The notes beneath the pieces are model-generated. The model saw nothing but the letters and a program-made list of their open reading frames with translations. It did not search any database and had not been told where the DNA came from. Shown piece by piece: positions 7,701 through 16,529 of a DNA stretch of 64,000 bases (positions are counted from its first letter, which is position 1; every line of letters starts with the position of its first letter). A program made the translations under genes and the position numbers. The DNA lies in assembly GCA_021295775.1 (NCBI GenBank), contig JAGWBS010000014.1:10199-74198 (forward strand), in the 5' to 3' direction. The DNA comes from Pseudomonadota bacterium (GTDB taxonomy: Bacteria; Myxococcota_A; UBA9160; SZUA-336).

Positions 7701-9713
7701 ATGGACGAGCACGTCAGTCAGTCGATCCGCTGGATCCCTTCCCTGCCCCTGCTGGCCGGAGCGCTCGGAGCGGCCTGGCTGATATTCGGGCGCCGGGCGT
7801 GGCCTCGCCTCCTGATCTGTTCGTGGCACATCGGGGGTCCGCTCGCCGCATTCGCCAGCTCGGTCTGGTTGACCTGGGATCTCGCCACCCGTTTCGCTCC
7901 GGGCGAGCGCTTCCTGGTCGACGAACTGGGAACCTGGATCTCTGCGGGGGATTTCCACGCCGGGCTGACGCTGCGGCTGGACCCTCTCTCCGCGGTGTGC
8001 GCCATGGCCGTCAGCGCCGTCGCCGTCCTGGTGCATGTGTACGCGCTCGGCTTTTCCCGGCGGGACCCGAACGGCCCGGACCTGCAGCGCCTGTTCAGCG
8101 TTTCGAATCTGCTGCTGTCCGCCGTACTGGTCCTGTTCCTGGTCGACCACCCCAGCGTTGCGCTGCTGGCCTGGCAGACGCTCGCTCTGGGCGGTTCCGC
8201 TCTGGTCGGCTTCCGCTCCGCCAAGGAATTCCACACCGCGGCGGCGGAGCGCTTCGCCGTGCTTCAGCGCGTGGGCGATCTGGCGCTCCTGCTCGCGCTG
8301 CTGGCGCTTTTCTGGACGCTCGGCGGGCAGGCGTCGCCCGGACTCGAATCCCCGGAGATCGGTCCGGGCAGTCCGCCTCCGGCCGGGAGCGATCTCGAAG
8401 CCGGATCCGGTGAGCTTCAGGGGCCGGTGACCGCGGCCCGCGAAGCGGCCCCGAGCGGGGCCTTCACGCTGGTGGGCTTTTTGCTGCTCGCCTCCGTGGC
8501 CATCAAGGCCCAGCAGCTGCCCTTCCCCGAATGGCGCAGCGGCAGCGTCGCGCCGGTTCCCGCGACGGCGATTTTGCAGTCCCTGTGCCTGACCCTGCCG
8601 CCGGTCTATCTGTTGAGTCGTCTTTCGTTCGTGTTCGAAAACGCGCCTCTCGCGGGAAGCGCGCTGGCGTGGTGCGGGGCCGTGACGAGCCTGACCGCCG
8701 CGCTCGCGGCCCTCTACGCCTCGGACCTGCGGCGCGCGTTCGCCTATTCGAGCGTGAGCCATCTCGGGGTCGCTCTGGCTGCCGCCGGCCTGGGCGCCTA
8801 CGGCGCGGCGGTGTACTACGCGCTCGGGCAGACATTGATCCGGCCCCTTCTTCTGCTGTCGGGCGGCTCGGTCATCCTGGGACTGGGAGGGGAGACTCGG
8901 CTCGACCGAATGGGGGGGCTGCTGAAGTCCCTGCCCTGGACGCACGTGGCCTTCTTCTCGGGCAGCGTCCTGCTGCTGCTGCTGCCGCTCTCCGCGGCCG
9001 GGCAGGCGTGGGTGTCGCAACCGCCGGCCGGGTGGTTCGTGCTGGCGGCAGTCGGCGGTCTGGCGGTCGCCGCGCTCACGCTGCACACGACTCTGCTGTA
9101 TCTCCGGATGTCCACCGGCCGACCGAGCGCCTCCCCGGGAGCGCGGCTGAATCCGTCGGAACGCGAATCGTCGCTCGTGTTCGGGATGGGGGGGCTCGCG
9201 GCGCTCGCTCTTTTCATGCTCTGGGTCGCCGGTCTGCCGGATCCGGTCGGGGCAGCGCTCGGCGTCGAGCGCTCGAACAGCCTGCGGCATTTTCTGGCCC
9301 CCGTTTTCGGCGCGGGCAGCGGCGAGTTCGATTCCCGGGTCGCCGCCTGGGCCGCGTCGTGCATCGGGCTCGGCTTCGCGGCGGCGCTTCTGGCCGACGG
9401 ACAGCGCCGGCGCGGGCGACCCTCCTGGGTCCAGCGGCTGGCCCCGCTGCTCGGGAGCGCCGCGAAAGTCCAGCGCCTGGACAGCGTGGCGACGCGGCTC
9501 CTGGTGCGGCCGCTGCTGAGTTTCGCGCACGCCGTCCGATGCGAGGTCGAGTCCGGCCTGTACGAGAGAGGCGCGGAGGCGGGCGCGCGTCTGACGCGCG
9601 GACTGGCGCAGCGCCTGGCGAAGCTGAGCCAGAACGGCCTGGCCCAGTCGTATCTCGTCGGAAGTCTGATCGGCGCCGCGCTGCTGCTGGTCTACGTGCT
9701 GCGGGGAGCGTGA
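7701..9713 (+). CDS. nuoL: NADH-quinone oxidoreductase subunit L (ND5)-like antiporter-type subunit
   Basis: 670 aa. N-terminal region 'LDPLSAVCAMAVSAVAVLVHVYALGFSRRDP...FRSAKEFHTAAAERFAVLQRVGDLALLLALLALFWTLGG' is a clear NuoL/Proton_antipo_M match. Long C-terminal extension typical of NuoL. Several canonical motifs are substituted (see findings). Confidence 0.8.
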   Translation: MDEHVSQSIRWIPSLPLLAGALGAAWLIFGRRAWPRLLICSWHIGGPLAAFASSVWLTWDLATRFAPGERFLVDELGTWISAGDFHAGLTLRLDPLSAVCAMAVSAVAVLVHVYALGFSRRDPNGPDLQRLFSVSNLLLSAVLVLFLVDHPSVALLAWQTLALGGSALVGFRSAKEFHTAAAERFAVLQRVGDLALLLALLALFWTLGGQASPGLESPEIGPGSPPPAGSDLEAGSGELQGPVTAAREAAPSGAFTLVGFLLLASVAIKAQQLPFPEWRSGSVAPVPATAILQSLCLTLPPVYLLSRLSFVFENAPLAGSALAWCGAVTSLTAALAALYASDLRRAFAYSSVSHLGVALAAAGLGAYGAAVYYALGQTLIRPLLLLSGGSVILGLGGETRLDRMGGLLKSLPWTHVAFFSGSVLLLLLPLSAAGQAWVSQPPAGWFVLAAVGGLAVAALTLHTTLLYLRMSTGRPSASPGARLNPSERESSLVFGMGGLAALALFMLWVAGLPDPVGAALGVERSNSLRHFLAPVFGAGSGEFDSRVAAWAASCIGLGFAAALLADGQRRRGRPSWVQRLAPLLGSAAKVQRLDSVATRLLVRPLLSFAHAVRCEVESGLYERGAEAGARLTRGLAQRLAKLSQNGLAQSYLVGSLIGAALLLVYVLRGA

Positions 9714-9716
9714 GCG

Positions 9717-11354
9717 GTGGACGGCCTGGCGTATCTGGCCGAACGGCACCTGCTGACGTCGATCGTGTTTCTCCCGCTGGCCGGCGCCCTGGCGCTGCTC
9801 CTGCTCGAAGTCTCCCTGACCGCGCTGAGCAGCTCGATCCAGCGTTTCTCGGCGCTGACATGGCGGGTGTTCGGTCTGGTTTTCGCGCTGCTGGGGCTGG
9901 CCCTGGCGGCCGAGCTCTGGCTGCTTTTCGATCCCGCCGCGGGGGGACTGCAGTTGGTCGAGCACGCGGCCTGGCTGGGAGACTGGGGGGTCTCCTACTA
10001 CGTCGGTGTCGACGGAATCTCGCTGCTGCTGGTCATGCTGGCCGCCTTCCTGTACCCGCTCGCTCTGCTGGCGTCCTGGGGCGAGCCCTCCGAACGGGCT
10101 CGGCACCTGGTGGTGCTGCTCTCCGCGCTGCAGACCGGACTTCTGGGCGCACTGCTGAGCCTAAACTTGCTCACGTTCTTCGTCTTCGTCGAAGCCTCGG
10201 CCGTCCCGGTCTACTTCCTCGTCGGCCTGTGGAGCCGGCGCGGAAGCGGGGCCGCCACGCGCTACATGCGCCTCTCCGCGCTCGGTTCCGCGCTGCTGCT
10301 GCTGGGAATCTTGCTCTTGGGCAGCCTTCACGCGCAGCAGTTCGGAGCGACGAACTTCGACCTGTTCGGATTCGGCGGGGCACCCGGCCTGATCGAGACC
10401 GAGCTGGACGGCGCCGGACCCTGGTGGACGGCGCAGGGATTTCTCTTCGCCGCGTTCGCCATCGCCCTGTTCATCAAGGCGGGTCTGTTCCCGCTGCATT
10501 TCTGGACGCCGGACGCGACCGTCGAGAGCCCGCCCTCCGCCTCGGTGCTGCTGGCGGCGGTCGGCCTCAAGCTCGGGGCCTACGGTCTGGTGCGCTTCGC
10601 CCTGCCGCTGTTTCCGCTCGCGGCGGCCGCCTGGGCCCCCTGGATGTGCGCGTTGGGCGGGCTGGGAGCGCTGTACGCGGCGCTGCTGGCGGTCGTCCAG
10701 ACCGATCTCGAGCGCCTGGTCGCCTATTGGTCGCTTTCCATCATGGGCCTGGTCTGCCTGGGCATCTTCGGACTCAACCCGATCGCGCTGGAGGGCGCCC
10801 TGCTGCAGATGGTCCACCACGGCCTGGTGATCGGCGGGCTCCTGCTGCTGTCCGGCATGCTCGCGCAGCGCCGGGCGATCTCCCGGCTCGGCGAGTTGAG
10901 CGGGCTCGCCGGGAGCATGCCGGTGTTCGCGGCGATCTTTACCCTGCTGCTCCTCAGCGCGGCCGGCACGCCCCTTCTGGGCGGTTTCTCCGCCGCCTGG
11001 CTGATCTTTCTGGGGGCCTATCCGAGCGCCCCCTGGCTGGCCGCCGCGGCGATTCTGACGCTTGGGCTGCTGGCGGTCTTCGCGTTCTGGCTGCTGGGAC
11101 GCGCGCTGTTCGGAGCTCTTCCCGGCGGAGGGGGTCGGCAGCTCGCGGAGTTGGACCTGCGCGAAAAGCTGGTGGCCTGCAGCGTCGCGCTCCCGGTGCT
11201 CTGGATGGGCCTGTCGCCCATGACGTTTCTCGGTCCGGTCGAGCGGTCGGTCGGCGAGCTGCTCGAATCGATGCAGCGTCGGGGCGCCGCGGGAATGGAG
11301 TCCGGCCCCGAAGCGGCCGCGCAGCCTCGGCCCGGCCGCGGAGCGGGGAATTGA
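9717..11354 (+). CDS. nuoM: NADH-quinone oxidoreductase subunit M (ND4)
   Basis: 545 aa. 'FFVFVEASAVPVYFLVGLWS' (canonical F.FWEA...P.YFLIG.WG) and 'LFPLHFWTPDATVESPPSASVLLAAVGLKLGAYGLVRF' retain the conserved Glu and Lys. Confidence 0.85.
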   Translation: MDGLAYLAERHLLTSIVFLPLAGALALLLLEVSLTALSSSIQRFSALTWRVFGLVFALLGLALAAELWLLFDPAAGGLQLVEHAAWLGDWGVSYYVGVDGISLLLVMLAAFLYPLALLASWGEPSERARHLVVLLSALQTGLLGALLSLNLLTFFVFVEASAVPVYFLVGLWSRRGSGAATRYMRLSALGSALLLLGILLLGSLHAQQFGATNFDLFGFGGAPGLIETELDGAGPWWTAQGFLFAAFAIALFIKAGLFPLHFWTPDATVESPPSASVLLAAVGLKLGAYGLVRFALPLFPLAAAAWAPWMCALGGLGALYAALLAVVQTDLERLVAYWSLSIMGLVCLGIFGLNPIALEGALLQMVHHGLVIGGLLLLSGMLAQRRAISRLGELSGLAGSMPVFAAIFTLLLLSAAGTPLLGGFSAAWLIFLGAYPSAPWLAAAAILTLGLLAVFAFWLLGRALFGALPGGGGRQLAELDLREKLVACSVALPVLWMGLSPMTFLGPVERSVGELLESMQRRGAAGMESGPEAAAQPRPGRGAGN

Positions 11355-12865
11355 CGCTGGATTCAGATGCGACCGCGGTGGCGAGCCTGGCGCTCGGCGC
11401 GCTGGCTCTGCCCCTGGCCGACGTCCTGCTGGCGCGCAAACGCTCGCTTCTGGGCGCCCAACTCACCCGGGAGCGGCGCGGTTCCTATCTGGCCTTCGCG
11501 ACCGGGCTGACGATCGCGATCGCGCTGCTGTTCACGTTGGCGTCCGACGGAACGGGCCTCCCGCTCGATCCGAATCAGCCGCTGGCGACCTTCGATGGCC
11601 TGTCGCGTTTCCTGGGCGCGGTGACGCTGGGCACCGCTCTGCTGACGGTGCTGTCCACGAACCGCTACCTCGCCGGCGCGGGCACCCGCCACGGCGAGTA
11701 CTACGCTCTGCTGCTGGCTTCTCTGCTGGGACTGGTCCTGCTTCCCGCCTGCACCCACATGGTGTCGCTGTACCTGGCGCTGGAGCTGGCGAGCGTGCCC
11801 GGCTACGCGCTGGCGGGAATCCGCCGCGACTCGCCGCGCGGCAGCGAAGCCGCGCTCAAGGCCTTCCTGGCGGGATCGGTCTCCTCGGCGGTCCTGCTCT
11901 ACGGAGCGGCTCTGCTCTACGGCGCCACCGGCGAACTCGCGCTGCTCGAGATCGGGCTTGCGCTCGACCCCGGCGAGCCGCTCGCGCTTCTGGGCGGCGG
12001 GCTGGTGCTGATCGGTCTGGCCGGCAAGCTCGCCATCGTCCCGTTCCACCAGTGGAGCCCGGACACCTTCGAGGGCGCACCCGTCGGCGTGGTGGCGTTT
12101 CTGGCGACGGCCTGGAAGATCGCCGTGCTGGGTGCCCTGGTCCGGGTTCTGACGCTCGCGCTCGCCCCCGCAGAAGAAGCGTTCCAGGCCGTGCTGTGGG
12201 CGCTGGCGGCGCTGTCGATGACGCTGGGCAACTTGGCCGCGCTGGTCCAGCGCAACACCAAGCGCATGTTCGCGTACGCTGGTCTGGCTCACCTGGGCTA
12301 CGTGGTGCTGGGCCTGCGGGTGGGCGGCGCCGAGGGAACGGCGGCGGTGCTGTTCTTCCTGCTCGCCTACGCCCCGGCGGCCCTGGGCACCTTCGCGGCG
12401 ATCTCCGCGCTGGCGCGCGACGGCCGCGAGTCCGACCGTCTCGAGGACCTGGCGGGACTGTTCCGGCGCCAGCCGCTGCTGGCTCTGGCGCTGGCGGTCT
12501 GCGTCTTTTCGCTGATCGGCGTTCCGGGGACGGCGGGGTTCGTCGCCAAGTTCCAGCTTTTCTCCGTTTCTCTCTCGCAGGGCGTGGCGGCGGGCGACAC
12601 CGGTCTGGTCCTGCTGACGGCCCTGGCGCTGGCGAACGTGGCGCTCTCGGCGGTCTTCTACCTGCGGGTTCCGGTCGCCCTGTTCATGCGCGAGGACTCG
12701 GGGACGGGCCCCGGCGGAACGCCGGGTTCCCTCGACCGGGCGGTTCTGGCGGGCTGCGCGTGGGCGGTACTGATTCTCGGCATCGCGCCGCAGGACGCGG
12801 GCGTGATCGTTCCGGGCGGCGACCTGCTGCGGCTGGCACAGGGCGCGGCCGGGGCGCTCTACTGA
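11351..12865 (+). CDS. nuoN: NADH-quinone oxidoreductase subunit N (ND2)
   Basis: ~504 aa. 'YLALELASVPGYALAGIRRDSPRGSEAALKAFLAGSVSSAVLLYGAALLYGATGEL' and 'KLAIVPFHQWSPDTFEGAPVGVVAFLATAWKIAVL' are canonical NuoN. Start uncertain: in-frame TTG 11351 overlapping the nuoM stop (ATTGA) or GTG 11378. The listed 1444-aa ORF (8531..12865) is shadow upstream of this point. Confidence 0.8.
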   Translation: MTLDSDATAVASLALGALALPLADVLLARKRSLLGAQLTRERRGSYLAFATGLTIAIALLFTLASDGTGLPLDPNQPLATFDGLSRFLGAVTLGTALLTVLSTNRYLAGAGTRHGEYYALLLASLLGLVLLPACTHMVSLYLALELASVPGYALAGIRRDSPRGSEAALKAFLAGSVSSAVLLYGAALLYGATGELALLEIGLALDPGEPLALLGGGLVLIGLAGKLAIVPFHQWSPDTFEGAPVGVVAFLATAWKIAVLGALVRVLTLALAPAEEAFQAVLWALAALSMTLGNLAALVQRNTKRMFAYAGLAHLGYVVLGLRVGGAEGTAAVLFFLLAYAPAALGTFAAISALARDGRESDRLEDLAGLFRRQPLLALALAVCVFSLIGVPGTAGFVAKFQLFSVSLSQGVAAGDTGLVLLTALALANVALSAVFYLRVPVALFMREDSGTGPGGTPGSLDRAVLAGCAWAVLILGIAPQDAGVIVPGGDLLRLAQGAAGALY

Positions 12866-12909
12866 TTCCCGGCTGGGTCCCCGAAGGCCCGATCGGAGAA
12901 TCATCGCCC

Positions 12910-12926
12910 GAGCCGCCGGGCGGCTC
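12910..12926 (+). terminator. putative hairpin after nuoN (GAGCCGC-cgg-GCGGCTC)
   Basis: Perfect 7-bp stem 45 nt after the nuoN stop. No clear U-tract. Confidence 0.25.
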
Positions 12927-12943
12927 GAAATCGCTTGGCCTCC

Positions 12944-12972
12944 CGAGTGGGCTTTCCCATACTGTCGGAGGG
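12944..12972 (+). promoter_or_regulatory. candidate promoter for the TonB-dependent receptor (TTGGCC, 17-nt spacer, CATACT)
   Basis: 4/6 matches to both hexamers at consensus spacing, ~60 nt upstream of RBS GGAGTGGAG and the ATG at 13035. Confidence 0.3.
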
Positions 12973-13034
12973 ATGGAGCGAACCGATGGGGGCGCCGAGT
13001 CGTCCTCGGGCGTTCGTCCGGAGGGAGTGGAGTT

Positions 13035-16000
13035 ATGTTCTTCAGCCGCAAGGCCGGTGACACCGGTTTGTGTTCGCAGCTGGTCGCGGCCGGGGTCGCC
13101 GCGGGATTCCTGATCTCGGCGGCATGGGCCGGAGCGGAGGAGACGGCGGGTTCGGAGGGAGCCTCTTTGGGTCCGCTCTACGCCCAGGCGGACGCCGACG
13201 CCGCGCCGGCCCCGGAGGCGGCGGCGGAAGACGATGATCGCGTCGGCATCGAGCAGATCACGGTCACCGCGCGCCGCCGCGAGGAGGTCGCGCAGGACAT
13301 CCCGCTGGCAATCACCACGCTGGGCGCCGACGAGATGGAGGCCACCCAGCTCGTCGACTACCAGGACCTGCAGTTCAACGTCCCCAACCTCGCCTACACC
13401 AAGACCAACTTCAGCGGCGGCGGGTCGCTTGCGATCCGCGGCATCGGCCGTTCGGTGATCGCGGCTTCGGGCGAGAACAGCACCGGCGTGCACGTCAACG
13501 GCGTCTCGCTGGTCGCGGCCCGCATCTTCGAAGCGGAGTTCTTCGACACCGAGCGGCTGGAGGTGCTGCGCGGCCCGCAGGGCACGCTGTACGGGCGCAA
13601 CTCCTCGGCGGGCGCGGTCAACGTCATCACCCGGCGCCCCACCGATGAGGCCGGCGGCTACCTGGAGGCCGAGTACGGCGACTTCGACCACACCAAATTC
13701 AAGGGCGCGCTGAACCTGCCGCTGAGCGAACGCCTGGCGGTGCGCCTGGCGGGCTTCTGGCTCGATCGCGAGGGCTACACCGACAACCTCGCCACCGGCA
13801 ACGACATCGACGACCGCTCGATCTGGGGGCTGCGCTTCTCGGCCGACTTCCAGGCCAGCGACCGCACCAGCGCCAAGCTGACCGTGAGCCTGTTCGACGA
13901 GGACGATCACCGCTCCCGCTCGCACAAGCAGGTCTGCAACACCGACACGGCGGACGGCGGCAACCCCGCGCTGTTCTTCCTGAACGTCGGCTGCCGCGGG
14001 ACCGAGGACCTGGGCGAGGGCTCGATCAACGGCCTGGCCACCCTGGGCGGTCTGTTGAACGCCGTGGTCTGGTGGGATCCGGCGGTCGGAGACTTCTGGC
14101 GGGCCGACACCCAGGCCGGCTGTCCGGGGGCCGCCGCGGGTCTGTCCTGCCTGGGCTACTTCCCCACCGTCTTCAACGGCCAGCAGCTGCGGACCAACAA
14201 CTTCTCGCAAGCCGTGAATCCGAGCAGTCTGCGCGACCTGAGTTCCCCCCTCGACCCGGACTACCAGACGGACGAACTCGTCGCCTCGTTCGAACTGGGG
14301 CACGAGTTCGAGCGCTTCACGCTGACGTCCATCACCGGCTGGGCCGACCATGAGGTCAGCAGCCTCCAGGACTACTTCTGGACCTACGACCCCACGCCCC
14401 TGGGCTGGAGCGCCGCCAACGGCGGTCGCGGGCCGGAGTTCGACTTTCCGGGCACCGGGCTCGGCGGCCACTACACCGGAGACCTGGCCTTCGACACCTC
14501 GGATCAGAAGAGCGATCTGTTCTCCCAGGAGATCCGCTTGGCCAGCGAGTTCGAGGGGCGGGTGAACTTCACCGCCGGGGCGATCTACACGCGGTCGCGC
14601 GGCGAGACCGCCTATGGGGTCTACGCCGGAGCACTGGAGTCGTTCTACAGAGCCAACAACAATCTGGCGAACGCGACGGACGCCCAACTCGCCCCGCTGA
14701 CGGGCGCGCTCAAGGGAGCCGGCGTGCTCCCCGACGCCGCTCCCGACGGGATCGCCGGCCTGGCCGCGCTCGGCGCCGCCTGCGCCCCGACACTGACCGC
14801 GATCGGACAGAGTCCGGCCTTATGCGCTGCGACGGGGCTGTTGCCCTTCGTCGGCCCCTACGACCCGAACCTGACCTACTTCCTGGCCGAGACGCCCGAT
14901 CTGGAGCTGGAATCCTACGCCGGGTTCGGCGAGGTCTACTTCGACCTGTCCGACGACACCCGGGTCACCGTCGGCGGCCGGCTGACCAACGATAAAAAGT
15001 CGGTCCGCGACCGCAGCGGGAACCTTTTCTCCTACGGCGACCCCGACAACGACGGCGAGTTCGGAGAGTACGAACGGCGCAGCGAGCGCTGGACCAAGTT
15101 CACCGGAAGGCTGGGGATCGATCACCAGCTCCGGCTGGCCATCGGCGACGCGCTGGTCTACGCCAACGTCTCGACCGGCTTCAAGAGCGGCGGCTTCAAC
15201 AACTCGGGCGAGTTCACTCCGCCGACCTTCGACGAGGAGGAGATCACCAGCTACGAGGTCGGCTGGAAGAGCCTGCTCTTCGACAACCGCCTGCAGCTCA
15301 ATCTGACCGGTTTCTTCTACGACTACGAGGGCTATCAGATCTCCAAGATCGTCAACCGCACCGCGCTCAACGAGAACGCCGATGTGGAGATCCGCGGCTT
15401 CGAGCTGGAGTCGGTCTTCCGGCCCACGCGGGCGCTGCAGTTCGACTTCAGCCTGAGCTGGCTGGACAGCGAGATCCAGGACTTCCGCTCGGTCGACCCG
15501 ATCAACATGACCGCGGGACGCCCCGGCTACACGATGTTCAAGGACGTGTTTCAGCCCGTCCCCAACGGCCAGAACGCGGTGATGCTGCAGAGCGACCTTC
15601 TGCCGTGCCTGACGGGCGCTTCGCTCGTGGCCTGCGCTTCGTACAATCCCATCGGCTTCGAGAGCGACCTGGATGGAAACGAACTGCCGCAGGCGCCCGA
15701 GCTGACGGTCAAGCTGGGCGGCCAGTACACCTTCGAGCTGGGCGAGCGCTACCAGGTCACGCTGCGGGCGGACTGGTACTGGCAGGACGAGACCTGGGGC
15801 CGGATCTACAACCTGGGCCGCGACGAGATCGACAGCTGGTCGCAGCTCGACGCCCAGATCGTCTTCCAGCCGGTGGACGCGCCCTGGTCGCTGCGCGTCT
15901 GGGGCAAGAACCTGGCCGACAACGACGACATCACCGGCATGTACCTGACCGATCCGACGTCGGCGCTGTTCACCAACCTGTTCATTCTCGAGCCGCGGGT

Positions 16001-16043
16001 CTTCGGAGCCTCGGTCCGCTACGAGTTCGGCTCGAACGACTGA
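13035..16043 (+). CDS. TonB-dependent outer-membrane receptor
   Basis: 1002 aa. Signal peptide. Plug domain 'IEQITVTARRREEVAQDIPLAITTL...' through 'ERLEVLRGPQGTLYGRNSSAGAVNVITRRP'. Long beta-barrel. Ends 'RVFGASVRYEFGSND', four residues beyond the usual terminal aromatic. Confidence 0.85.
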   Translation: MFFSRKAGDTGLCSQLVAAGVAAGFLISAAWAGAEETAGSEGASLGPLYAQADADAAPAPEAAAEDDDRVGIEQITVTARRREEVAQDIPLAITTLGADEMEATQLVDYQDLQFNVPNLAYTKTNFSGGGSLAIRGIGRSVIAASGENSTGVHVNGVSLVAARIFEAEFFDTERLEVLRGPQGTLYGRNSSAGAVNVITRRPTDEAGGYLEAEYGDFDHTKFKGALNLPLSERLAVRLAGFWLDREGYTDNLATGNDIDDRSIWGLRFSADFQASDRTSAKLTVSLFDEDDHRSRSHKQVCNTDTADGGNPALFFLNVGCRGTEDLGEGSINGLATLGGLLNAVVWWDPAVGDFWRADTQAGCPGAAAGLSCLGYFPTVFNGQQLRTNNFSQAVNPSSLRDLSSPLDPDYQTDELVASFELGHEFERFTLTSITGWADHEVSSLQDYFWTYDPTPLGWSAANGGRGPEFDFPGTGLGGHYTGDLAFDTSDQKSDLFSQEIRLASEFEGRVNFTAGAIYTRSRGETAYGVYAGALESFYRANNNLANATDAQLAPLTGALKGAGVLPDAAPDGIAGLAALGAACAPTLTAIGQSPALCAATGLLPFVGPYDPNLTYFLAETPDLELESYAGFGEVYFDLSDDTRVTVGGRLTNDKKSVRDRSGNLFSYGDPDNDGEFGEYERRSERWTKFTGRLGIDHQLRLAIGDALVYANVSTGFKSGGFNNSGEFTPPTFDEEEITSYEVGWKSLLFDNRLQLNLTGFFYDYEGYQISKIVNRTALNENADVEIRGFELESVFRPTRALQFDFSLSWLDSEIQDFRSVDPINMTAGRPGYTMFKDVFQPVPNGQNAVMLQSDLLPCLTGASLVACASYNPIGFESDLDGNELPQAPELTVKLGGQYTFELGERYQVTLRADWYWQDETWGRIYNLGRDEIDSWSQLDAQIVFQPVDAPWSLRVWGKNLADNDDITGMYLTDPTSALFTNLFILEPRVFGASVRYEFGSND

Positions 16044-16525
16044 GGCTCGTCCACCCCGCGGCTCTCCGGCTCCCGAGCCTCGGGCTCGGGGGGCGGCCGC
16101 ACCCGCAGTTCGAGTTCGACGGGCGCGCGCAGGGAGTTGGTGATCAGGCAGTTGCGCTCCGCCTTTTGCAGCAGGCGCTCGGCGCGCGCGACGCGCACGC
16201 CCGGGTCGAGTTCGAGATCGGCGCGGATGCGCAGCGCGGTCAGGCGCGCCCCGCCGGGCGCGGAGTCGATGGTCCCCTCCGCGCTGCAGTCGAGCCGGCG
16301 GAAGCCCAGTCGGGAGGCGGCGGCGCCGATCCGGAACGACAGCGAGAAGCAGTCGGCCGCGGCGGCGACCAGCAGCGCGCCCGGCGACCAGGCGTCTCCG
16401 GGTCCGCCGTGGGCCGGCGCGGCGTCGGTCTCCAGGTCCGGCAGGCCGTCGGCGCTGAGCCGGACGCGCCCGGTGGGGCGAGCCCGCGCCCGCACCGTGT
16501 AGCTCTGGGGGTAGGCGGCGCCCAA
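16019..16525 (-). CDS. OsmC/Ohr family peroxiredoxin-like protein
   Basis: 168 aa. 'GALLVAAAADCFSLSF' and 'KAERNCLITNSL' are the two conserved Cys-containing OsmC motifs. TTG start 16525, 4 nt after the selenoprotein stop. 3' end overlaps the convergent TonB receptor by 25 nt. Confidence 0.75.
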   Translation of the reverse strand: MGAAYPQSYTVRARARPTGRVRLSADGLPDLETDAAPAHGGPGDAWSPGALLVAAAADCFSLSFRIGAAASRLGFRRLDCSAEGTIDSAPGGARLTALRIRADLELDPGVRVARAERLLQKAERNCLITNSLRAPVELELRVRPPPEPEAREPESRGVDEPQSFEPNS

Positions 16526-16529
16526 GCCG

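Noticed and set aside
8531-12865. 1444-aa ORF in the + strand, the longest in the track
   Set aside because: The first ~940 codons are extremely R/A/G/P-rich and overlap nuoL and nuoM, which are real, in another frame. This is GC-driven shadow. Only the last ~505 codons (from 11351) have genuine NuoN sequence.
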